DNA from: an uncultured Gemmatimonadales bacterium | GTDB lineage: Bacteria; Gemmatimonadota; Gemmatimonadetes; Gemmatimonadales; Gemmatimonadaceae | Assembly (NCBI GenBank): GCA_963701965.1 | Contig: OY969695.1 | Location: forward strand, 3,392,001 to 3,456,000 | Length of the DNA: 64,000 nt | Direction: 5' to 3' | In this document: positions 28,195 through 37,680 of the stretch, piece by piece | How positions within the stretch are numbered: position 1 is the stretch's first letter | Layout: every line of letters starts with the position of its first letter | Notes under the pieces: model-generated | The model's database searches: none | The model's input: only the letters and a program-made list of their open reading frames with translations | Told to the model about the DNA's origin: nothing | Position numbers and translations under genes: made by a program

Positions 28195-29846
28195 GGCGCT
28201 CCCGGAAACGTGATGGCCACCCGCGTGCCGGCCCCGGGCGTCGTGTCGATCGCCAGGTTGGCGCCGAGGTCCGCCGCCAGCCGCCGCACGATCGACAGCC
28301 CCAATCCGGTCCCGGTGGGCTTCGTCGTGTAAAAATCATTGAACGCCCGCGCCAACTGCGCCTCCGTCATGCCGGGCCCCGTGTCGGCGACCGTGATGCG
28401 AGCGCCGCCACCCTCGACGGCGGCACTCGCGATCGTGACCGTACCGTCCCGGTCGGCCAGCGCCTCCACGCCATTGGCGACGAGATTGTCGAGGATGCGC
28501 CGGAGCACCAGCGGGTCGACCGCCAGCGGCGCCAGCCGCGCGTCGAGATCCACCTGCACAGGCGCCACCGCACCCCCCGCGATGGCGCGAATGAGCGCGT
28601 TGACGTCTACGGGCCGCACGTCGAGCCGGGGCGTCAAGCGCGCGTAGTTGCGCGCCAGCGCGTCCAGATACTCGACACTGGCATCGAGCGTCGGACGGCG
28701 CTCGACGAACACGGCCGCCAGCCGCGCCGGATCCTCGCGCGCCACCTGATCCAAGTGCCGGTGCACATGACGCAGCGGCGCCAAGCCATTCTTGACGTCG
28801 TGCGTCACCTGCCGGGCGAGATCGCCGATCGTCGCCCGCCGCTCGGCCTCCCGCTGTTGCATCGCGCTCGTGCGCAGCCGCCGCGTCATGGCGCCGAGCA
28901 AACGCGCCAGCACGCCGATCTCGTCGGTGCGCGTGGTGGCAAATTGGACATCCAGCCGGTCGAGATCGACGCGCGCGGTCGCGTCGGCCAGCGCCGCCAG
29001 CGGGCGGCCGATGTAGGCGGCCAGCCAGATCGCCGCCAGCACCGCGACCAGGGCCGTGGTGACCAGCGCCGTCACGACGACCCGGCCGACGCTGGCGCGG
29101 ATCGCGTCCAAGTCGTCCGTCGTATGCGCCACGACGAACTGCGCCGACCGGAGCGCCGACCGGTCGACGAAGGGGAACGCGAACCGCGTCACGATAGTCG
29201 CGTCGGGCGATCCCGACGGTGCCGCGGTTGCCGAGTCGGCGTCTGGCGTGCGCAGCGAGACCGTCATGACGCTGTCCGCCGCCAGGGCGCTCAGAAAACG
29301 CTCGTCGACCGCCACGCCGCCGACGAGCGAGAGCCGCCGGCCGCCCAAGCGCAGCGAGTCGGTGCGCGCGATGACCATCAGCGGTCCTTCCGGCGTTCGC
29401 ATCGCCACCAGCGCCGCGCCACCGGGCGCGGCGGCGAGGAGGCGCGGGAGATCCGGTTCCAGTCGATCGTATTCGTTCCGGAAATGCCCGGAGCTCAGGA
29501 TGCGGCCGGCACTATCCTGGAGTTGGAGCGCGGCCAGTCCTGTGAGTCGCATGGCGCGGCCGCCGTAGTCCAGCAGGTACGACTGCTCGTCGCCGGGCCG
29601 GGCGATGGCGACCCGGAGGCGGTCGTCATCGGCGATCGCGCCGCGCAATGACGCGAGGCGATCGGCGATCGCTCCGCTCTCCCGGCTCAGCGCGCCACGC
29701 GTGACGGCCGCCAACGCGTCGACGCGCGAGCGGTACTGCGATGTCATCCGGCGGTCGACGGCGCGCTCCAAGCCCCACGCCAATCCCAACAACGGCAACG
29801 TCGCGATCAACGCGAACGCCAGCACGAGCCGGACGCGAAAGCTCAC
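28191..29846 (-). CDS. HAMP-domain sensor histidine kinase
   Basis: Two transmembrane segments, DEIGVLA HAMP, THDVKN H-box, DTGPGM, GTGLGL; GTG start overlaps the upstream TGA. Confidence 0.9.
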   Translation of the reverse strand: MSFRVRLVLAFALIATLPLLGLAWGLERAVDRRMTSQYRSRVDALAAVTRGALSRESGAIADRLASLRGAIADDDRLRVAIARPGDEQSYLLDYGGRAMRLTGLAALQLQDSAGRILSSGHFRNEYDRLEPDLPRLLAAAPGGAALVAMRTPEGPLMVIARTDSLRLGGRRLSLVGGVAVDERFLSALAADSVMTVSLRTPDADSATAAPSGSPDATIVTRFAFPFVDRSALRSAQFVVAHTTDDLDAIRASVGRVVVTALVTTALVAVLAAIWLAAYIGRPLAALADATARVDLDRLDVQFATTRTDEIGVLARLLGAMTRRLRTSAMQQREAERRATIGDLARQVTHDVKNGLAPLRHVHRHLDQVAREDPARLAAVFVERRPTLDASVEYLDALARNYARLTPRLDVRPVDVNALIRAIAGGAVAPVQVDLDARLAPLAVDPLVLRRILDNLVANGVEALADRDGTVTIASAAVEGGGARITVADTGPGMTEAQLARAFNDFYTTKPTGTGLGLSIVRRLAADLGANLAIDTTPGAGTRVAITFPGAP

Positions 29847-30652
29847 GGATATCCCGTGTCCAATCGCAATAGTCCGCCGGTGTCGATCGTGAGCCCCACC
29901 ACGCCGCGCCGCGCGATGGCCACCGGTCTCGTTTCGATCAGGGGCACCCCGCACACCGTGGCCCGACCGATCCAGGTCGGCGTGATCATGACCGCGCCGG
30001 CATCCGACGTCGGACCGGCGCGGGTGATCCCGAGACCGGGCACGGCGTTGGTCTCCGCGAGTGAGACCAAGCGCTCGGCCAGCGACCGCGCGATGCTGTC
30101 GCCAGGCGCATAGCTCACACGCGACGGGTTCGCGGGGGTCGTCCGTGGTGGAAACGGCGTCGGACAGCCGGCGAGGACATCGTCATTCGCCGGCCGGGCC
30201 TCGCCGTGGACGGCGCGCTCGGCCATCTCGGCGCGCTGCGGATAGGGAATTACCACGCCATCGACGCCCGTCAGGACGTAGACGCGATCCCATGGGAGCG
30301 GTGCGACGACGAGATCGGATCGAGTGGAGGCATAGCGGATCGCGGCCGCGTTCGTGGTAATGACCAGATCCGCCCCGGCGTCCATCGCGTCGCGCAGTTC
30401 CGACTCGGGCACCACCGCGATCACCACGCGCGGACCGGCGCCGTTCGGCGTCACCGCGATGCGCTTCGCCTCGAGCGAATCCGTGACGACCACGCGCAGC
30501 GAGTCGGTCGCCACGGTCGGCGACGGCAGGAAGCGCATCGAATCCGCCGGTGTCGCGGGTGTGATGTGCGTCACACGTGTAGCGCTCCGTCCACACGACA
30601 GCGTCACCACTACGACAGCGACGACCGCTAGGCGACGAGCCCTGGCCACCAT
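29843..30652 (-). CDS. Putative lipoprotein co-transcribed with the two-component system
   Basis: Lipobox-like TLSC; translationally coupled to the kinase. Confidence 0.65.
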   Translation of the reverse strand: MVARARRLAVVAVVVVTLSCGRSATRVTHITPATPADSMRFLPSPTVATDSLRVVVTDSLEAKRIAVTPNGAGPRVVIAVVPESELRDAMDAGADLVITTNAAAIRYASTRSDLVVAPLPWDRVYVLTGVDGVVIPYPQRAEMAERAVHGEARPANDDVLAGCPTPFPPRTTPANPSRVSYAPGDSIARSLAERLVSLAETNAVPGLGITRAGPTSDAGAVMITPTWIGRATVCGVPLIETRPVAIARRGVVGLTIDTGGLLRLDTGYP

Positions 30653-30706
30653 GCCTTAATTGTAGGGCCCGATAGCCGCGTTGTTCCACCGTTTAAGATT
30701 CGGTCT

Positions 30707-30722
30707 CGGCACGCAGCTTGCC
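30707..30722 (+). promoter_or_regulatory. Candidate sigma-54 promoter
   Basis: CGGCACGCAGCTTGCC, close to the consensus TGGCACG-N4-TTGC. Confidence 0.6.
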
Positions 30723-30749
30723 CATTTATACGCGCGAATGGAGGATATC

Positions 30750-30920
30750 ATGTCGCTCTTCGCGCATCGGAAAGGCCGTGGACGTCGCGGCGGGTGGCGC
30801 GCGCCCCGCATTCCTCGCACGCTCGGCGAGCGCGCCGGGAACGTGCTGTGGTGGTTTGTGATCGGTGCTACCGCGATCGTGAGCGTTGGGTACATCGTGC
30901 GCGTCGCCCGGGTCGGCTAG
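30750..30920 (+). CDS. Small (56 aa) basic membrane protein
   Basis: GGAGG RBS at 30740, arginine-rich N-terminus, one transmembrane segment. Confidence 0.6.
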   Translation: MSLFAHRKGRGRRGGWRAPRIPRTLGERAGNVLWWFVIGATAIVSVGYIVRVARVG

Positions 30921-30932
30921 CGGGCGACGCGT

Positions 30933-33900
30933 TTATCTCGGCGGCCGCCCCTGCGCGGTGGGCGGCCCCTTCACCCGATCGGGGATCTCGTTCCACTGAT
31001 CCGGGGTGATCAGCCGGTGCAGGTCGTCGAGCGCCTGCTGCTCGAGCTCACGAACGGCGCCTTGCTGGTGCCGCATGATCCCTGACATGGTCGTCGCGTC
31101 CAGCGTGGCCCCGAGGTTCTTGAGCTGCTGGCGCACGACGCCGGTGATCGAGTCCGCCTTGTCTTGGAACCGGGCCGACGCCAAGCCCAGCGAATCGACC
31201 TGCGCCGGAGTCAACGCCAGGGCCAGCGAATCCTTCACGCTCAAGACCATGGCGAACGGGTTTCTCAGGCGTCGCGAGAACCGGTCGGCAATGTCATCGG
31301 CCAGACTTTGACGCTGTTCGTCAGCGCTCGGCGCCGCGCTCGAACCCGGCGCGCCGGGGTTCCCGCCCCCGCGCCCGCCACCGCCGCCGCTGCCTCCGCG
31401 CCCGTTGAATAGCGAGCGCAGTTGTTGGGCGGCATCGGCCGGCCCGACGTTGAGGCGCGCGGCCAGGATGAACTGGAACGGCTGCCCATAGGCCTGGTTC
31501 GCGCTCGCCCGTCCAAAGTGCGTGTTGACGGTGTACCGATACGTGTTGCTGGACGCGTTGAATCCGGTGATCGTGAGCAGCGTGGGGTCCGGTGGCGCGG
31601 GTTGTCCCCACCCCTGCAGGTGGTTCGGGCCGTTGAACAGGAGATCGAGTCCCGTCAGCGAATTCAACATCTGCACGGAGATGGTCAGCCGCCGGTCGAG
31701 CCCTAGGACAGCGGGCCGGACGTTGACCTGCCAGTTGAGCGATGTGGTCCAGGGACCGAAGCAGCTATTGCGCGCCGCCACCTCGCCGATCTGGGACGTG
31801 AGACAGTCCTTGATGCGGCCGGGCGCGGCCTGAAGGAGCGTCCGCATGGCGGCCGCGACGGACGGATCAGTCGCCGGGTTGTTCGGGTCGAAGATGAACG
31901 CGCGGTCGTTGCGCGAGACCCCGTCGCCGTTCACGTCGCCGTTGACCAGCGGCGAGTACGGCGTGCCGGAGTTGAGCTGCGCGATGCCGGTGAGCTCTAT
32001 CAGCGGCGAGAGCGGATACGTGACCGTGCCGACGAACTGGTGCTCGCGCTGGAGATCGCTCGTGCCAAACGGCACGACGTTGGGGTTCCCGCCCGTCGTC
32101 GGCGACGCGAATCCAAAGACCGCCGAGCCCCCGGAGAACGACGACTGGTCGCGCACACGGGAGTACGTGTACGACATTCTGATACAGCATCCCTTTGTCG
32201 GTGAACCCGCTGACGCTCGACGTCACCTGCCGGGTGTCCGACTGCAGGTTCGAGTTGAGCGAGAGTACCTGGCCATACTGGTTGTGGATCCGCGAGGAAC
32301 CGAACGCCGCCGCGCCCGTCACCGGATCGATAGCGCCGGGGTTCACGAACACCGGACGGTTTCCTTCGTTGGCCAGCGAGAACTGCGGCGCGGTATTGAG
32401 ATTCATGTCGGTGACGCCGAACAAGTGCGTGCCGCGCGCGTACGTCCCGTCGACGGCGAGCGTGATGCGCTGGAAGAATCGCTTCGTCACGCCGAAGGAG
32501 CCCCGCCAGGCCCGCGGCGCCTCGAAGTCCGGTGCGAACGTGGTGACGGCGTTACGGGCGCCGAGGCCGAGCGAGTCGATCGGGAAGATGCCGCCGCCGC
32601 TGCACATCGTCGGGGGTGGCTCACCACCGGCCAGGTCACTCCAGTCCGGCGGCGGCACCTGGGGCCCGACGCACACCAACTGCGCTTCGCCACCCAATGC
32701 GCCCGTCGCCGACTGCAGGGCCGGGAACAGGGACTGCGGGACGGGCGCCCGGAACTCCCCGAACCCACCGCGGACGATCGCGAACGCATTGTTGCCGCCG
32801 CGACCGCCACCGCCACCGCCACCGCCTCCTCCGCCCCCACCCCCACCGCCCCCGAAACCCCCGCCGGTGCGCGCGCCGCCGCTGCCGCTCCCCACGAACC
32901 ACGTGAACCCGACGCGCGGGCTGGCGTGGATTTCCGACGGCCAGTCGTCGGTGCGCCGGTGAAACAGCGAATCGATCGCCGGGTTGAAGGCGGGGGCGCC
33001 GCCGTATGCCGAGCCTTCGAGTCGCGCCCCGTAGGTGATCTGCAGGGGTCCCGTGCGCCAGGCGTCGCCGAGGTACATGCCCGCGTTGTAGGCCCGGGCC
33101 TCGGTGTTTTGCATGTTGAGGGTGCGCGTAAACGTCGCGGGCGCGGAGTCGACGAACGCACTCAAGGACGGGTAGGTGTACACGCCCTCTTGGTCGGGCG
33201 CAATGTTCTGTCCGAATCGCGCCACGTTCACCAGGACGCCGAACTTGACGCGATGGGCCCCTTCGCCCGGGATGAGCGAGACCTCATCGGTCGCCTCGAC
33301 GTAGTCGTTGAACGTGCGCGTCGGCAGCGCCGCGCTGCCCCCGAACGCGAGCGACGAGACGCCAAATCCCAGCGGTTCCGTCGCATCGGTGTCGGCCAGC
33401 TCGGGGACCACGGTGACGCGTCCGCTCGGCAGCCGCAGATAGGGGTTGACGCTCGTCTGCGAGTGCGAGACGTAGGACCGGAAATCGTTGATCGTCCCCT
33501 CGCCGATATGCGACGTGAGGGCCAGCAGCAAGCCACCACCGCCACTGGCGTTCGCCGTGCCCGACGTCGGCAAGGAGAAGACCGAGATCCGGCCGCCGTC
33601 CTGCGCCGTGACGCGGTAATCGAACCGCAGCGTGATGGTCTGGTCGTCCGTGGCCAGGAAGTCGAGCCGCTCGAAGGCCACGGCGGACGTCACGCCGCGC
33701 GTGGTCGGCACATTGCCCCCGGATGTCGGGAGTCCCAGCTTCTGCACGTTCTTGATGAATGCCTGCGCCGTGTCGCGTGAGATCCCCAGCGCGGCCAGCG
33801 TCGCCGGGTCCGCGTTGAGCAGCGAAGTCAGGTCGTCGTAGCGGTGGTTGAGCTGGACGGCCGTGAACGAGAACAGCTTGTCGGGTACGATAGGTCCCCC

Positions 33901-34743
33901 GACGCCGCCGCTGAACTGCAGCTGGTTGCGCAGTTGCCCGAATGTGGGTGGCCCCTGGGTGCCGAACGCGAAATTCGAGTTGCGCACCGAAGAGCCAAAG
34001 GACCCCGAGAGGTCGTTCGTCCCGCCGCGGGTCGTCGTGGCGATCTGGCCGCCCGTGAACTGGCCGCGCGAGACATCGTAGCTGTTGGTGATGACGCGGA
34101 TGTTGCGCACGGCCTCGGTGGGGACGGACGTGCCGCCGAACGTCACGCCGTCGACGGTGGTCGAGTTGAGCGTCGGCCGTTGGCCCGCGACGGAGAAGGC
34201 GCTCGCCGTCGTGTCGCTGGCGGCGATGCCGACCACGCCCGGCGCCAGGGTCGCCAGCGTCGCGAGATCGCTGCCATCGACCGGCAGCTTCTCGATCATT
34301 GAGGGGGTGAGATTGAGACCGGTCGCGCCCGCGTTCGCCGCATCGCGCCCATTGTTCGCCCGGGCGCGGACGTTGACCGTCTGCAGCGTGGCCACGGACG
34401 TATTCAACTCGACGTTCGCCGTCAGGCGGTCCTCATCCGCCTGGCGCGACAGGATCAGCGCCGCGGCCGCGTAGCCGACCATGCGCACTTCGATCCGGTA
34501 TTGCCCGCCGCCGTCGGGAAAGACCACCGTATAATGGCCGTCGGCGTTGGTCTGTCGCGTCCGCGTGATGCGCGTGTCGAGCGACATGACCGTCACCGTG
34601 GCGCCGCCGACGGCCTGATGCCCCGGCGCTGGTCCCGTGACCTTGCCCGAGATGATGTCCGTCGTGGAGCCGACTTGCGCGCCGAGGCGGGCCGCTAACG
34701 CGAGCCACCCGACGGCGAGAGAGAAGCGCAGGGTCCAATGCAT
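30933..34743 (-). CDS. TonB-dependent receptor with carboxypeptidase-regulatory-like N-domain; +1 frameshift near 32178
   Basis: ORFs 31867..34752 and 30933..32177 join (GMLYQ-MSYTYSR) if one A is removed from CAGAATG; plug motif YDVSRGQFTGGQI..TRGGTN. Confidence 0.85.
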
Positions 34744-34803
34744 TACGATCAAGTACTATTTGCGCCGACCGACTGTTGGCCCGGTGGCTAGATTTTGACA
34801 ACT

Positions 34804-36652
34804 ATGGTGTCGACGGCGACCACCGCGGGCGAGAAGCTGCCCCTGCGCGAGAAGATCAGAGTGCTGCGCTACTTGCCGCAGCTGCTCGGACTCGTGTGGG
34901 AAACCCATCGGTGGTACGCCACGACGATGATCGCGCTCCGCCTCCTGCGCTCCGTCGTGCCGGTCGCGTCGCTGTGGGTCGCGAAGCTGATCATCGACGC
35001 CGTGATTCAGGCGGCCGCCGGGCACGGCACGCAGCGCCTCTGGGATTACGTGGCCGCCGAGTTCGTGATCGTCCTCCTCGGCGAGGTCCTGGCCCGCGGC
35101 TCGGCGCTGGTTGAATCCCTGCTCGGCGACCTTTTCTCGAACCACATCAGCGTGCGCCTCATGGAGCACGCGGCGACGCTCGATCTGGAGCAGTTCGAGG
35201 ACCCGACGTTCTACGACCATCTGGAACGGGCCAGACAGCAGACTACCGGGCGGATTGGGCTGGTCGCCCAACTCCTCGGCCTGGGCCAGGACGCGCTGAC
35301 GCTGGTGACGCTCGGCGGGGCACTGGTCGCCTACAATCCGTGGCTCCTGCTCCTGCTGACCGTCGCCGTGTTGCCCAGCTTCGTCGGCGAGACGCATTTC
35401 GCGGCGCTCAGCTACTCGCTGCTGTGGCGCCGGACGCCGGAGCGGCGGGAGCTGGACTACCTGCGATATGTCGGGGCTAGCGACGAGACCGCGAAAGAGG
35501 TCCAGAATGTTCGGGCTGGCGTCGTGGCTCACGTCCCGGTATCGGCGCTTGTCGCGGCAATACTACGAGGAAAACGCGCGACTCTCGGTCCGCCGCGCCA
35601 TCGTCAGCGCGCTCCTGTCCGTGGTGGGCACGATCGGGTACTACGCCGCCTATGTGGTGATCTTGTTGCGGGCGGTCGCCGGGCAGCTCAGCATCGGGAC
35701 GTTGACGTTCCTGGCGGGCGCGTTCATGCGGAGCCGCGACCTGATTCAGCGCCTCCTGTTGTCGGCCAGCGACATCTACGCGCAAAGTCTCAATCTGCAG
35801 GATCTCTTCACGTTCTTTGCCATGCAGCCGACGATCGCCACCCGTCCCGGCGCGCGGCCGGTCCCGATGCCGTTTGGCACGGGGTTCGTGTTCGAGGATG
35901 TCGGCTTTCGGTATCCAGGGAGCGAGCGGTGGGCCGTCCGCCACGTGAGCTTTACGCTGCGTCCCGGCGAACGGGTGGCGCTGGTGGGCGAGAATGGCGC
36001 GGGCAAGACGACGATTACGAAGTTGATCGCGCGCCTCTATGATCCGAGCGAGGGGCGTATCCTGCTCAATGGCGTCGATCTCCGGGAGTACGATCTTTCG
36101 TCGCTCCGTCGGGCCATCGGCGTGATCTTCCAGGATTTTGTCCGCTACGACATGCGGTTCGACGAGAACATCGGCGTGGGCGAAATCGAGGCGTCGCGCA
36201 CGTATCTGGAAAACCACGGACCGGTCCCGGCGCCCATCGCCGACGCGTCGGAGCGGTCGCTGGCGGCCACGCTGCTTCCCCGGCTGGCGCAGGGGTATCG
36301 TCAAATGCTGGGCCGCCGGTTCGATCAGGGCGTCGATCTGTCTGGTGGCGAGTGGCAGAAGGTCGCGCTGGCCCGGGCCTACATGCGGACGGCGCAGCTC
36401 TTGATTCTCGATGAGCCGACGGCCGCGCTCGACGCGCGGGCCGAGTACGAGGTGTTTCTCCGGTTCTCGGAACTGATGGCGGGTCGCATGGCGGTCATCA
36501 TCTCCCACCGGTTCTCGACCGTGCGCATGGCCGACCGCATCATCGTCCTTGCGGACGGCCGGGTGGTCGAAGAAGGGTCGCACGACGAGTTGGTGGCTCG
36601 CGGGGCGCAGTACGCCGAGCTGTTCGAGATGCAGGCGTCGGGCTATCGCTAG
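34804..36652 (+). CDS. ABC transporter fused permease/ATPase; +1 frameshift near 35506
   Basis: AKEVQ-MFGL restored by removing one A from CAGAATG; GENGAGKT, LSGGEWQK, ILDEPT. Confidence 0.9.
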
Positions 36653-36709
36653 ATCGCGGCGACGCCGCGATCAGTCGAACCGACCGGCTTTAGCGGCACG
36701 AAGTGGCGC

Positions 36710-37406
36710 CTAAAGCTCAATATGAACCATCCAACCGAATAACAGCGAATAAAAAGTACCGCCAACCGCGTTGCACGCCTCGCGCGTGTGAATCGCGCTG
36801 CGTGGTCCGAACACCGGCGCCCCGTGGTCGGTCTCCGTCCAGCGCGACCGTTGGTCACGCGGCGGGATGCAGAATGTCGACGTGCTCGTGCCACTGGGCG
36901 AGACCCACGGGCACGCGCGCGTTCAAGTCGCGCTCCGACGCCGATCGCGGCGCCGTGTACATCGCCCCGACGAGCGTCCACGTGCTATCGGCGTTCTGGC
37001 GATAGAGCAGGGACGTCGGCTTGGCCGGGTCGAAGCGAAACGCCGCGTTGATGGCCCAGGCCCGCCTCGTATAGTGGTAGATGGGCTGCTTGACGTTCGG
37101 CAGAAACGGGCGGAACCCATCGGCCTCGGCGACCGCGATGTCCCGATATTTGGCCACGGCGTTGCGCAGGGTCGCCCGGATCCCGACCATGCGGGCGGAA
37201 TCCGTTGCCGTCGGCACACCGGGCGCGGTCATCCGCATGTGCAGCGCACCGGCGGCGCCTTCCATGTGCATGTCATGCATGTCGCTCATGGCCGCATCCG
37301 TCATGTGCATGTCGCTCATGGCGGAGTCCGTGGGCTCGGGCGCTTGCGCGCCCGCGGCCAGCGACCACACGAGGGCCGAGGCCAGCCCCATCGCAATCCT
37401 GCGCAT
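36710..37406 (-). CDS. Secreted hypothetical protein with Met/His-rich N-terminus; +1 frameshift near 36873
   Basis: Removing one base extends WHEHVD into ICIPPRDQ..ACNAVGGTFYSLLFGWMVHIEL*, giving a 696-nt frame. Confidence 0.75.
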
Positions 37407-37680
37407 CGGTTCTCTCTTCTCCCTGAAGTGTGACGTCAGACGCCGAATTCCGGCCGGCGTTAGTGACACGAACGAAACCTTGGCGAGCAACGCGGGTTTT
37501 CACGCAATCGATTGCGTGACAACGGCTTAGTCTCTGACGATCGAACGGGGCCGTTGGCGGCGGTCTCGGTCGGTCCGTGACGCTCTCGTATCGGCCTGTT
37601 GACGCTTGGGGCACCGGCGGCGGACTAGCCTGACGTCGATCCTCGTGCCGGTCGACTGTCTCTCTCGCATTCAGGGCCCC

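Noticed and set aside
30933..37406. Three adjacent pseudogenes
   Set aside because: Each has only a single +1 base in the same CAGATG context and no other decay, so sequencing error is more likely.
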